Positions 18,538-27,639 of a DNA stretch of 64,000 bases are shown here, in pieces. The DNA is from Shigella phage CM8. The notes under the pieces were generated by a model. The model made no database searches. It worked only from the letters and a program-made list of their open reading frames with translations, and had not been told where the DNA came from. The stretch lies in the sequence record MK962750; one strand, written 5' to 3'. Both the position numbers and the translations under genes were made by a program. How positions within the stretch are numbered: position 1 is the first letter of the stretch; each line of letters opens with the position of its first letter.

Positions 18538-19506
18538 TTATTTCAGAAGAGTAACCTCAGCGATTTCTTCCCAACCGTTTTTGTCGGTCATAATAAAGTC
18601 AGCAAGATAAAGAGCAGTACGCAGTGAAACATTGCGTAAACGATTAACATTGACTTTCATCCATGATAATGCTTTATAAGTTTCTTCATCAGAAAGACCG
18701 CGCTTTTGCATCATGTCAGTTGAAAGAATAACATCTTCAACCCTGACCATAATTTCTTCATTAGTGTGAACACCCAAATCTAAATAAACTGAGCGGGACA
18801 CTAATGCTTGTAAATGTGGAGCAAGTTTAGTACCACGGTCTAATTCGCGGTCAATATCAACGTTTGTGATAAAAACAATCGTTCCTTTAAATTCAAACTC
18901 ACGCTCAATGCCTTTTTCTTCTAAGTAAGAAGATGCAGTGCTCCAGCAGACTTTACGGGTCTCTCCGGTGTCCAGAGCAGCTTTCAGAAGATTAAGAATG
19001 TCCATATCAGAGAAAACATCCACATCATCAATCAAAAGGACAGAATTCTCTTCACGATTATTCCAAAGCTGTTCATAAAGACCGATACCAGAGATTTTAC
19101 CATTAATGCTTTTATACTCAATGTATCCAATATCATTTGCTTTATTTAAAGCTTTATCTAAAGAATACGTTTTACCAATACCTGCTGCTCCCGAGATAAT
19201 TAATGAACGAATGTTTCCGTTAATAATACCATTCGTCATCATTCCCATAACATTAAATCTTTTATTAATGCGGGTTTTCATATCTTCATACGATTCTTTA
19301 ACTTCTTCAACTTTTACACCATCATATGAAATGTCTGATTTGTAAACCCAAACACCGCGACGTTTACCGTCAATTTCAACAAAAACTTTACCATCTCCTT
19401 GTGCATCTACCGGAGCATTATCTGGGAACCATTCGCCTAAGAGCTCAAAAGTTCCAGAGATTTCTTTACCGAAGTAGATACCCTTATTGATAGTTACAGT
19501 TTTCAT
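18538..19506 (-). CDS. P-loop NTPase (AAA-like ATPase), function unknown
   Basis: Walker A GAAGIGKTYS and Walker B-like VLLIDDVD; ORF track starts at GTG, ATG at 19504-19506 after GGAGAA preferred. Confidence 0.6.
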   Translation of the reverse strand: MKTVTINKGIYFGKEISGTFELLGEWFPDNAPVDAQGDGKVFVEIDGKRRGVWVYKSDISYDGVKVEEVKESYEDMKTRINKRFNVMGMMTNGIINGNIRSLIISGAAGIGKTYSLDKALNKANDIGYIEYKSINGKISGIGLYEQLWNNREENSVLLIDDVDVFSDMDILNLLKAALDTGETRKVCWSTASSYLEEKGIEREFEFKGTIVFITNVDIDRELDRGTKLAPHLQALVSRSVYLDLGVHTNEEIMVRVEDVILSTDMMQKRGLSDEETYKALSWMKVNVNRLRNVSLRTALYLADFIMTDKNGWEEIAEVTLLK

Positions 19507-19534
19507 TTTGTTCTCCAATTTCACATTTGTTTTG

Positions 19535-19575
19535 ATAGGGTAATAATATCACACTACTACCCTGCTGTAAACAAT
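19535..19575 (-). promoter_or_regulatory. Early-promoter-like module upstream of the ATPase gene
   Basis: tgtaaac at 19566-19572 on plus (GTTTACA on minus) with gatagggtaataatatcac -10 region. Confidence 0.5.
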
Positions 19576-19839
19576 TTATTTTAATGTTTGCCAAATTTTT
19601 ACTGCTTCACGACGAGATACTTCTACAGCTCCAAGTTCTACAGCTTTTTGGCGTCGCCGAGCGTGTAAGTCATAATGTTTAATGCGTTTATCTTGAAACC
19701 AAGAACGTTTCATTCCTATTGCTTCTGCCATTTCATGAAGCTCTTCAATATCTCCATCAGTGAACATATGACAATTTTTAGTTGGATGACCGCGAAGTTT
19801 CCATCCATGATTCATTAAAACATCTACGTAAACTGTCAT
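19576..19839 (-). CDS. Hypothetical small protein
   Basis: 87-aa ORF with ATG start overlapping the upstream stop. Confidence 0.45.
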   Translation of the reverse strand: MTVYVDVLMNHGWKLRGHPTKNCHMFTDGDIEELHEMAEAIGMKRSWFQDKRIKHYDLHARRRQKAVELGAVEVSRREAVKIWQTLK

Positions 19840-19985
19840 TGATTCTTCTCCAAATAAGTTTCGATAATTTTCTGAGCGAGATAAACTGCATTATCTTCAG
19901 TTGCATCTTCTAAGAAACTTTCAAAACACTCTGAAATTTCTTCTGTGTCAATCAACTTTTTTACTTCAATTGGTGTAATTTTCAT
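19836..19985 (-). CDS. Hypothetical small protein
   Basis: ORF-track N-terminus is translated promoter; ATG at 19983-19985 gives MKITPIEVKKLIDTEE... (49 aa). Confidence 0.4.
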   Translation of the reverse strand: MKITPIEVKKLIDTEEISECFESFLEDATEDNAVYLAQKIIETYLEKNQ

Positions 19986-20014
19986 TTTGTTTTTCCGTTT
20001 AAGTGTTTGTTTTG

Positions 20015-20055
20015 ATAGTTGTATAGTACCATAAAGCTTTATGCTTGTAAACAAT
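20015..20055 (-). promoter_or_regulatory. Early-promoter-like module
   Basis: tgtaaac at 20046-20052 and gtatagtacc at 20021-20030 on plus. Confidence 0.5.
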
Positions 20056-20082
20056 TTTGTGAAAAATTTTTGAAATAAAAAA

Positions 20083-20100
20083 GGGAGCCCGAAGGCTCCC
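20083..20100 (-). terminator. Intrinsic terminator (gggagcc-cgaa-ggctccc plus T-run on the minus strand)
   Basis: Minus-strand RNA reads gggagccuucgggcuccc followed by uuuuuuauuuc, immediately after the stop of the 20103 gene. Confidence 0.6.
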
Positions 20101-20102
20101 TA

Positions 20103-21113
20103 TCATTTATAATAACTTCGGTGGTTTTCAAGATAAACCCTCTCAAGGAAGTCATCCCAAAAACCCATGTCTACTTTTTGCTGCATACCGTTCTTAGAAG
20201 CTTCAGTAGATGCTGCTTCTACTTGATCGACCACATCTTCCAAAAACTCTTGAACCGTTTTAAATGGATGTTTACCCAACTTCACGTCGAGAATAAATGG
20301 AGCATCTTGGAGTGGATAAACCAAGTCACCAGTTTTGTAAATTTCCAATAGTTGGAGTCCACCACGGCAAGCATGACTCATAGCTTTCCAGTCAATACCT
20401 TCATTGGCTTCGGCCTTACGAGCACGTTCACCGTATTCAGCATCTAATTTGTTCAGTGACTGCTTAAGCTCAATAAGAGAAAGCGTTGTCTGATATTTAC
20501 GACCCAACACTGTGTAAAACGTCTGTGGGCCTGTTTTCTCATGATTATGGAACACCCATTCACAGAATTCGTTTTCTGGAAGACGATGCTTAATATCTTC
20601 AACTTTAGTACGACGCTGCTTAATGGAACCGTCTTCTTGGTAATCAACCCATTGCTCAGGGATTTGATTAACTACTTTCAATACATCGCGTAATGCAGCC
20701 AAACGAGAACCCTTAACGCCGTATTTAGAAGCTTGCTTACGGACATATCCTAAATAGGATTTCATGTTAGTCGTATAAAAACGAGAACGGTTGTCTTGAA
20801 TAAACTTCCACACATCAGGCAAATCAGATTTAACCACTAACTCAGGTGGAGTGTGAAGCATATCTAACGCTACAGTTTCACCATCTGCTGCTAATTTAAA
20901 GAAATATTTAAGACTATACAATTCGTGGTCAATATCATCTTTAGTGTTTTTAGATGATGTGTTGTTAGTGTTTTTACTCATATGCTCTTTAACATTTCCG
21001 ATAAGAATATCGCGAGCAGGAGGAACAAAAATTTCTTTAAAATCTACATCAGATTCTGGAGTAGAAGTTCCATAAAGATGACTACCAAAATAAGACTTAA
21101 CTACAGTTTTCAT
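20103..21113 (-). CDS. Predicted nucleotidyltransferase-fold protein (pol-beta-like minimal NTase motif)
   Basis: N-terminal GSHLYGTSTPESDVDFKEIFV fits the GS-x(9-13)-DxD NTase signature. Start ambiguous (ATGs at 21137, 21128, 21113); overlaps the 3' end of the HNH gene. Confidence 0.5.
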   Translation of the reverse strand: MKTVVKSYFGSHLYGTSTPESDVDFKEIFVPPARDILIGNVKEHMSKNTNNTSSKNTKDDIDHELYSLKYFFKLAADGETVALDMLHTPPELVVKSDLPDVWKFIQDNRSRFYTTNMKSYLGYVRKQASKYGVKGSRLAALRDVLKVVNQIPEQWVDYQEDGSIKQRRTKVEDIKHRLPENEFCEWVFHNHEKTGPQTFYTVLGRKYQTTLSLIELKQSLNKLDAEYGERARKAEANEGIDWKAMSHACRGGLQLLEIYKTGDLVYPLQDAPFILDVKLGKHPFKTVQEFLEDVVDQVEAASTEASKNGMQQKVDMGFWDDFLERVYLENHRSYYK

Positions 21114-21876
21114 TATTAGACCTTTCATAATCTTCATTAAATTGTACAATCAATCGATGATAATTAGATTTTGGATATCCTAATTTACTTATATAAGTTC
21201 CGAATGACCCACGTTTAGGTCTATTTAATTTAATCCATAACTTATAAAGTAAGTCATAGTCTTGCCAATGTTTACCAGTTCTTTGTCTAATTTTAGATGA
21301 ATTTGATTGTTTCTTTTTAGTTTCAAAATTATTCAAAGATTTTTTGACTGCAGCAGAGTGTTTTTCTTTAACTCCCGGTCGTTTAAAAGCAGCTTTCACC
21401 CCTTTAGATATTTTTTCTTTAACTTCCGGTTTGTTTTGTGCTTCTAACTGGGATTCTGAAATTTTAGCCCTTATTTCAGGAAGACTTAATGTTATCGAAC
21501 GTTTTTCTCTGTATTCATTAGACTTCCACATTTCTTTCATTGTATTAGAATGTATTTTTGAAAATTTTTCTCTAACTAACTGATATCCTCTTGAAGTTAA
21601 TTTGAGATTTCTTCCTAAAGAATCTTCTCCAAAATTATAAAATGACCACCATGCATAAATTAATCCAGGCGAATTATAATGAATTTTAGCTAAAAGCCAA
21701 TGGGCTATAAAATGCTCTCTAGCTGTTAATAAAACTAGATTATCAGAATCATCATTACCACCAATACAAGATGGAATAATATGATGCTTTTCCGTATAAA
21801 AATTTAATTTAGATTTATCTAATTTTCTGAGTTTTCCTTTCTTAATTAAATTATTATATACTTTAGTATAATTCAT
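21097..21876 (-). CDS. mobD: HNH homing endonuclease, MobD-like by position
   Basis: 259 aa; ATG start; HNH motif EKHHIIPSCIGGNDDSDNLVLLTAREHFIAHWLLAK; repeated basic KEK-type motifs in the C-terminal half. Confidence 0.65.
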   Translation of the reverse strand: MNYTKVYNNLIKKGKLRKLDKSKLNFYTEKHHIIPSCIGGNDDSDNLVLLTAREHFIAHWLLAKIHYNSPGLIYAWWSFYNFGEDSLGRNLKLTSRGYQLVREKFSKIHSNTMKEMWKSNEYREKRSITLSLPEIRAKISESQLEAQNKPEVKEKISKGVKAAFKRPGVKEKHSAAVKKSLNNFETKKKQSNSSKIRQRTGKHWQDYDLLYKLWIKLNRPKRGSFGTYISKLGYPKSNYHRLIVQFNEDYERSNNENCS

Positions 21877-21950
21877 TGGTTTTTCGTCTCATTTAATTTT
21901 GCTTTGCATTTATAACACATGTCTGTTCCACTTGAAATAAACATATTTCC

Positions 21951-22508
21951 TCACTTTGAAATCATAGTTGGAATGACAGAATCAAGATAAGTCTTTAGTG
22001 CAATAGCTTCGTCTTTGGTAAATGTGACAATATGTGCTCGAAAATCATCAATTTGACGAATAGTTAAGACATCTCCATCTTCATAACATTTTGATACGTT
22101 TAAAACAGTTTCATCATTCTGATTGCAAGCGTTAGTAATAATAGCATTGCAATTTTTAAACCATTTTAAACTATGTTTTCTTTCATTAGAATAATAAAAA
22201 TATTTAATCTTATCTATAAAACTATCCCAATGGATAACTGATAAACACATTGACTCACTTTTAATATTAAATCCTGGGCATGAAGAATAAAAATGAATTT
22301 TGTGCTCATCATTGATGCTTACTATTTTATCAGTATAAGGATATTCAATTTGGGTTAAATGAATGATTTCACTAGGCGTAAAATATAGCATATCGTCTTC
22401 TTGTGTCAAACGATACATATTATTTACTTTTTCTATAGCTAATTCACCAAAAAGCGGACTAACTTCTAATACTAATCGTTTCATATTGATTCTCTTCGAC
22501 TCACTCAC
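21951..22508 (-). CDS. Hypothetical protein
   Basis: 185-aa ORF; GTG start 9 nt after AAGGAG (alternative ATG at 22484). Confidence 0.45.
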   Translation of the reverse strand: MSESKRINMKRLVLEVSPLFGELAIEKVNNMYRLTQEDDMLYFTPSEIIHLTQIEYPYTDKIVSINDEHKIHFYSSCPGFNIKSESMCLSVIHWDSFIDKIKYFYYSNERKHSLKWFKNCNAIITNACNQNDETVLNVSKCYEDGDVLTIRQIDDFRAHIVTFTKDEAIALKTYLDSVIPTMISK

Positions 22509-22838
22509 AATTACATACTCCTTTGAATAATATCAATAATGTTGTTCACCAGATTATAAGTAAACATTGGATAATTATATTGAATCATCACATACACAAC
22601 AAACAAAACTTTCATTCTCTTCTCCTTGGAAGTTGACAAGATTACTATACCATAACCTTGCCAACTTGTAAACCATTAAATGGCGTTTTCAATAAAATTC
22701 TGAAGCTTTGTGTGAGCATCAACCATGATTTTCATTTCTTCTTTGGCGAAAGCTGTACCTCTTTCCCGAGAAGAACATTCATAGTCAGAAACTGCATTAG
22801 CATATTCTTCAATTAGTTTCATTAAAAACATCTGCTTT

Positions 22839-23033
22839 TCAGTTTTCATTATTCCACCTAATCATTTCAAGATATTGAACTAACTTAGCTTTAGATTTAT
22901 CCAAATCCTTTTTAGCTGCTTCTATACCATCGTATGAATATCCTTCACAATGCTCAACTGCTAATTGATATGAATCTATTTCAATATCACGTGCTAATTT
23001 AATGATTTTTTCAAACTGTTCGCGTGTTAGCAT
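22839..23033 (-). CDS. Hypothetical small protein
   Basis: 64-aa ORF. Confidence 0.35.
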   Translation of the reverse strand: MLTREQFEKIIKLARDIEIDSYQLAVEHCEGYSYDGIEAAKKDLDKSKAKLVQYLEMIRWNNEN

Positions 23034-23035
23034 AC

Positions 23036-23239
23036 TTACACTCTCGTATTATGATCGATAATTTCATCAAGAAACATATCTAACGCTTCTATAGCATTAT
23101 CCACTTTAGTTTCAAAGTCTTTAATGCCTTTATTCGAAATACCCGATGAATACCAAGCAAAGTCAATCAGCTCTTCATCTGCTTTACGAATTGAAGCCAC
23201 TAATTCCTTGATTTTATCTGCTTGCTCTATACTAATCAT
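23036..23239 (-). CDS. Hypothetical small protein
   Basis: Start trimmed to internal ATG ([14 protein letters not shown]...). Confidence 0.35.
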   Translation of the reverse strand: MISIEQADKIKELVASIRKADEELIDFAWYSSGISNKGIKDFETKVDNAIEALDMFLDEIIDHNTRV

Positions 23240-23427
23240 TATTCCACCACATATGACAGAGAGAATATTGCACACGCCATGTGAGTTGCAACTTCATCAC
23301 ACATATCATAACGTTTCTTAAGAAGTTCTACAAGTTCTTCACTAGTGACTTCATCCATGTCGACGAAAAAATCACCATTAATGATGACATAGATATTTCC
23401 TTCTTGATTAAGTGCTTCAATTTTCAT
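23239..23427 (-). CDS. Hypothetical small protein
   Basis: ORF-track N-terminus is translated promoter; ATG at 23425-23427 gives [21 protein letters not shown]... Confidence 0.4.
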   Translation of the reverse strand: MKIEALNQEGNIYVIINGDFFVDMDEVTSEELVELLKKRYDMCDEVATHMACAIFSLSYVVE

Positions 23428-23449
23428 GATGTTCTCCTCTTTATCCGAT

Positions 23450-23490
23450 GGTTGTATAGTACCACAGCTCAAACGGAAAGTAAACCGGTA
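23450..23490 (-). promoter_or_regulatory. Early-promoter-like module
   Basis: gtaaacc at 23480-23486 and ttgtatagtacc at 23452-23463 on plus. Confidence 0.5.
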
Positions 23491-23501
23491 AAATGAAAAA
23501 A

Positions 23502-23517
23502 GTCTCCCGAAGGAGAC
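23502..23517 (-). terminator. Intrinsic terminator (gtctcc-cgaa-ggagac plus T-run on the minus strand)
   Basis: Minus-strand RNA reads gucuccuucgggagac followed by uuuuuuc, directly after the 23523 stop. Confidence 0.6.
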
Positions 23518-23522
23518 TAATG

Positions 23523-23909
23523 TTATTCGAGGGAAAGAAGATACTTACTCTGGTAAAACATTCCAGTAATATCATCTATCGTGCTTTGGATGGCTGGAGG
23601 CATTTCTTTATAAATGCTGTTAGATTGGTCTAGTATGTGATCAATCATTCTAATTGTGTCGGTAGGAAGTTTACTAGCATCTGGAATTGAAGGTGTGTAT
23701 TTTCTACCAGAATACCCCAAATATTGCTCACCAAATTTATCAATCAAATCTGGCAACTCGGAGAAAATAAAATCGTATGCTTTGTGTCTAGCATAACTTT
23801 TAGTTTCAAAATGTGCAGAATGAAAATAAGCTTGTGCAGCCATTAATAAACCTAAGTATTCATCTGCCTTTGAAGGTTTTCCACTTTGTGAAAAGTCGCT
23901 GAATTTCAT
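23523..23909 (-). CDS. Hypothetical protein upstream-adjacent to rI (rI.-1-like by position)
   Basis: 128 aa; sits immediately 3' of the rI-like gene. Confidence 0.45.
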   Translation of the reverse strand: MKFSDFSQSGKPSKADEYLGLLMAAQAYFHSAHFETKSYARHKAYDFIFSELPDLIDKFGEQYLGYSGRKYTPSIPDASKLPTDTIRMIDHILDQSNSIYKEMPPAIQSTIDDITGMFYQSKYLLSLE

Positions 23910-24199
23910 TCAGTCTCCAATTTAATGTTCATAATTCTAGCGTATGATTGTGCCATCTCCGCGCCTCGCTCTATACATTCAAAATCGGAAGAGCACGGGT
24001 CATTTTTATAAGTCGTTCGCATAAAACTATAGAACTGTTCAGATGATTCTACGCTTTTGTTTTCAAAAAGCATATAAACGTGTCTAATACCAGATTCCAT
24101 AAATTTATCAAAATGAGGATCGACATTCGCTTCAATTGGTGGAGATAAAGCAAACGCTAATCCTAGCATGGCAAATAGTGCCGTTGCTTTTAAGGCCAT
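23906..24199 (-). CDS. rI: Lysis-inhibition regulator rI-like periplasmic protein
   Basis: 97 aa with N-terminal signal-anchor (MALKATALFAMLGLAFALS); length and position next to tk match recalled T4 rI. Confidence 0.7.
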   Translation of the reverse strand: MALKATALFAMLGLAFALSPPIEANVDPHFDKFMESGIRHVYMLFENKSVESSEQFYSFMRTTYKNDPCSSDFECIERGAEMAQSYARIMNIKLETE

Positions 24200-24211
24200 A
24201 AAGGCCTCCTA

Positions 24212-24424
24212 TCATTTTTGTCCTGTATTTACTTTATGCCGATGCACGGCCTTAACTTTATCAAGGTATTTTTCAAAATTTCGCAATCTAGTATAGTCTG
24301 CCGGAGATTGGTTGAGTGATACTTCTCGACGCAAAGCTGAAATGATATTTCCAACTTCCCTACGAATTTCATCTAATTGAAGAACAGTAAGATTGCGAAG
24401 TTGCTTTTCAGTTAATTGTAGCAT
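24212..24424 (-). CDS. Hypothetical small protein
   Basis: 70-aa ORF between tk and rI. Confidence 0.4.
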
Positions 24425-24466
24425 ATATACCCCTTTAGTTAGATAAACCTATTTATAACTTTTGCA

Positions 24467-25048
24467 CTAACCGAGCTTTTTAGTTAATTCATTCCAATGT
24501 TTTCTACACAAAGAAACATAAATTTCATCACCAATACAGATTTGATTACCTTCTTTAACTGGTGTTCCATCTTCCATTAATCGAGCTGTCATAATAGCTT
24601 TTTTACCACAATGACAAACTGCCTTTAGTTCAATAAGTTTATCTGCAATCGCCAAAAGTTCTTTAGAACCTTCAAATAATTTTCCAGCGAAATCAGTCCT
24701 TAGCCCATAAGCCATAACAGGAACATTATATGTATCAACAATTCGACTTAATTGATGCACCTGTTTAGTTTTTAAAAACTGAGCTTCATCTACAAATACA
24801 CAATGAATATCTTTTTGTGCTTCAGCCCATTTATAGAACTCAAAAATATCCATATCATCCGTAATAATATTCGCTTCCTGCTTAATTCCAATGCGAGAAA
24901 CGACTTCACAGACAGAATCACGAGTATCAATAGCAGGCTTAAGAACTAATACACCCATTCCGCGTTCTTTATAATTATGTGCAGCAGTCAAAAGAGAAGC
25001 AGATTTTCCAGCATTCATTGCTGCGTAAGTAAAAATTAAACTCGCCAT
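24467..25048 (-). CDS. tk: Thymidine kinase
   Basis: 193 aa; P-loop NAGKSASLL; zinc-ribbon cysteines CHCGKKA...C; matches recalled T4 Tk. Confidence 0.92.
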   Translation of the reverse strand: MASLIFTYAAMNAGKSASLLTAAHNYKERGMGVLVLKPAIDTRDSVCEVVSRIGIKQEANIITDDMDIFEFYKWAEAQKDIHCVFVDEAQFLKTKQVHQLSRIVDTYNVPVMAYGLRTDFAGKLFEGSKELLAIADKLIELKAVCHCGKKAIMTARLMEDGTPVKEGNQICIGDEIYVSLCRKHWNELTKKLG

Positions 25049-25057
25049 ATCACCTTC

Positions 25058-25243
25058 TTAAAGCGTATTCACATAAGCTATTAATTCGTTTTCTTTCTTA
25101 TCAAACCGATCAGCAAATTCTTCTTGCTGATCGGGAGATAGCGGGCCGTATTCATCATAAAAGGTGTTTGCTTCTGTATGCTCATCTAGAAGTTCATGGA
25201 TAAGCTCAAACAATTTATCTTTTTGTTCTTTACTCAGACTCAT
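25058..25243 (-). CDS. Hypothetical small acidic protein
   Basis: 61-aa ORF. Confidence 0.35.
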   Translation of the reverse strand: MSLSKEQKDKLFELIHELLDEHTEANTFYDEYGPLSPDQQEEFADRFDKKENELIAYVNTL

Positions 25244-25409
25244 ATATTAATTTCCAGGAGTTTTAAAATAATTCGCTTTTGCTTAAATATTTCCATAGTT
25301 AAATGACCAGTATCTTTTTGACCGATTCCAATGGCAAAACCTTTATTGACAGCGAGTTCAATTAAATTATCAAGCTCACGTAACACTTCATATTGTAACT
25401 CAAAACTAT

Positions 25410-25616
25410 TCATTTCGGTTTACCTTCTTTAACGAAATCAGGATAAGGATAAAATCCTGAATAAAATCCTTCACCTTTATGATTGATGCATCCTTTATTA
25501 GAACAATAGCACCAATAATCGAAATCACAAGCCATTTCATCATTACATAAAGCAAAAACAACTGGCCATTCACACTTTTCGCAGTGGGCATTTTTAAGAA
25601 TACTGGTTTGGCTCAT
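25410..25616 (-). CDS. Hypothetical cysteine-rich small protein
   Basis: ATG at 25614-25616 overlaps the upstream stop; many Cys/His (CEKCEWP...CDFDYWCYCSNKGCINH). Confidence 0.4.
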   Translation of the reverse strand: MSQTSILKNAHCEKCEWPVVFALCNDEMACDFDYWCYCSNKGCINHKGEGFYSGFYPYPDFVKEGKPK

Positions 25617-25825
25617 AACCATGTAACCTTTAAACAATATTCTTCTACATGTTGTTTACGACCTTTCCTATCAATAAAGGTATATTCAACGAATGTTCCA
25701 ATATAGTCTTTATCTACATCATGTGGACTATTAATTGGGCATTTAGTACGGCAAATGCGTTCCCATTGACGAATAATTTCCACTTTGTTTTTAGGATCAA
25801 ACGGATGCGGGTAATGTACTTTCAT
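25613..25825 (-). CDS. Hypothetical small protein
   Basis: 70-aa ORF. Confidence 0.4.
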   Translation of the reverse strand: MKVHYPHPFDPKNKVEIIRQWERICRTKCPINSPHDVDKDYIGTFVEYTFIDRKGRKQHVEEYCLKVTWL

Positions 25826-26276
25826 AATCCACCACTATTAAATCAATATCAGGAGTAAACATGTCGATTAATTTAGAAACCTTATCCCAATCGCCGCCAG
25901 CAATACCGCAACCTATGCGTGGAATGTAAATTACTGGTTTAAACAAAAGGGTTTCTGCCTGTAGATTTAATTCTATCATGCAGTTTACTAAAGCACCATA
26001 ATCAAGATTAGGACCCGGTTCGTATTGTGTATACAGGTTATAGCATATACCAAATCCCGTAGGACTATGTTTAAAAACAATAGACATATCGCCTAATTTA
26101 TCACGAGAACCGTACTCGGTAGTGGTTTTATCTATTTCTAAAATTTTGGGATAGGCTCTTGCTAATTGACCCGCTACGCCAGAGCCCATTGTGTGGAAGC
26201 AATTGCACCCGTGCGCAATAATATTACCTTGAAGAAATAGGGCGACAATATCGCCCTTGATATATTTTACAATCAT
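25797..26276 (-). CDS. Macro-domain-like protein (putative ADP-ribose binding/processing)
   Basis: 159 aa; KGDIV...NIIAHGCNC...MGSGVAGQLA and later IPRIGCGIAGGD parallel the macro-domain core (VNAAN...GGGVxGAI and ISTGVYG), as recalled. Confidence 0.5.
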   Translation of the reverse strand: MIVKYIKGDIVALFLQGNIIAHGCNCFHTMGSGVAGQLARAYPKILEIDKTTTEYGSRDKLGDMSIVFKHSPTGFGICYNLYTQYEPGPNLDYGALVNCMIELNLQAETLLFKPVIYIPRIGCGIAGGDWDKVSKLIDMFTPDIDLIVVDYESTLPASV

Positions 26277-26614
26277 CTAGTACTCAATCCTCGATTATAA
26301 GAATCTACTAAACGGTCAACCATTGAATGACAAGCGGCTTTATCTTTCTCCTCCGCAACTGAACATTCTAAAGTATTCCACTTTTTAGCATATCGTTTTA
26401 ACAATGTATCATTTTTATATCTGCTTGATTTATCTCTTTCTCCGTCTTTATATGCATATATTAATTTCTGCGCAAATTCAGCTTGGCATGCTTTATTTTT
26501 CCCACAATAATCCGCGGCAGTACGGTTTACATACTCTCTAATTTCAGTATATGATGTATCTGCTAACGCAGAAAATGAAATTAATCCTATACATAAAACC
26601 AAAATTTTAGTCAT
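26273..26614 (-). CDS. Hypothetical secreted protein (cleavable signal peptide predicted)
   Basis: 113 aa; N-terminus MTKILVLCIGLISFSALA; four cysteines. Confidence 0.45.
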   Translation of the reverse strand: MTKILVLCIGLISFSALADTSYTEIREYVNRTAADYCGKNKACQAEFAQKLIYAYKDGERDKSSRYKNDTLLKRYAKKWNTLECSVAEEKDKAACHSMVDRLVDSYNRGLSTR

Positions 26615-27152
26615 TTACTATTTCCAAAAGTTTATTATTTTTAAGGTAATTAGCCTTTTCTAGGACTTCAGAAGCATATTTAGAACCAGCTTTAACATTC
26701 CATCCCGAATTATAAGAGGATATTGCTTTTCTTATATCGCCCTTATGTATATTTAACCAATAAGAAAGTTCAATGTACGCCCAGGAAGCTGAATTGGATC
26801 GTTTATTCAACATTCTTTTTATTTCAGCATCGGTCATATTATAACCAAGTTCCTTAACTCTTGCTCGCATAGTAGGCAAATAATTTTGGAACATTCCATA
26901 AGCGTGATGCTTTGGTTTAGATTTTAAATTAACTCCGCCAGAGCTTTCTTGCCATAAAATAGCAGCCATTATATGACCTAATCCGCTCTTGTGGATATTT
27001 TTGTGTGTTTTATATTTTCCATCCTTAGAAAATTGTTCCCCGAATTGATACGCGTAACGCATGTTATCGAGTTGGACATTACTGAAAGTATGCTCGGAGC
27101 TATGTGCCATCATTGAAATGGCCAATAGACCAGCGAGTAGTGCTTTTCTCAT
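26607..27152 (-). CDS. Secreted lytic-transglycosylase-like protein (SLT domain)
   Basis: 181 aa; signal peptide; catalytic-region motifs ILWQESSGG and AYGMFQ typical of the lysozyme-like SLT fold. Confidence 0.6.
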   Translation of the reverse strand: MRKALLAGLLAISMMAHSSEHTFSNVQLDNMRYAYQFGEQFSKDGKYKTHKNIHKSGLGHIMAAILWQESSGGVNLKSKPKHHAYGMFQNYLPTMRARVKELGYNMTDAEIKRMLNKRSNSASWAYIELSYWLNIHKGDIRKAISSYNSGWNVKAGSKYASEVLEKANYLKNNKLLEIVND

Positions 27153-27159
27153 GCTTACC

Positions 27160-27621
27160 TCATTGAGTTTTAATTACTGCTTTAGAAGCCTTTCCTGGTA
27201 AACGACGACTGTTAATAATTGCCATCCTACATTGAAGTGACGGGTCTTTGAACTTCGCATTAGGTTTACAAACTGTAAATCCAAGCCAAAGATTTCCATC
27301 TGTGATTTCTAAACGTCCAGGACGGTATTCAACCCCATCAATAAAATCCTCGTCAATGTCAGGACGCGGAGGCATACTCAGGAATTCATTAACTTCTAAA
27401 ACATGGTCTTTTATTTTGTGGAATAATTCAAAAACATATGTCTCATCAATCTCCCGTTGAATTGCACGATCAAGAAGATGCTGAGAATATTTTAGATGAA
27501 ACGATGAGACCCCTGCTGCTTTTGATGCCTCACGAATCTCATTGTTAATTTGACGAAACTCCGACTCAAAGTGACGACGAAGCTTATTTCGACGGATAAA
27601 AACTTCTGTGTTGATAGTCAT
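27160..27621 (-). CDS. regB: Sequence-specific endoribonuclease RegB
   Basis: 153 aa, MTINTEVFIRRNKLRRHFESEF..., matching recalled T4 RegB in length and sequence. Confidence 0.85.
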   Translation of the reverse strand: MTINTEVFIRRNKLRRHFESEFRQINNEIREASKAAGVSSFHLKYSQHLLDRAIQREIDETYVFELFHKIKDHVLEVNEFLSMPPRPDIDEDFIDGVEYRPGRLEITDGNLWLGFTVCKPNAKFKDPSLQCRMAIINSRRLPGKASKAVIKTQ

Positions 27622-27639
27622 GTTATTCTCCTCTTAACT

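Noticed and set aside
26273-26614. Assigning the 113-aa secreted ORF as vs (valyl-tRNA synthetase modifier) by position
   Set aside because: Length and position are compatible with recalled T4 gene order, but a cleavable signal peptide is hard to reconcile with a cytoplasmic modifier; left as hypothetical.
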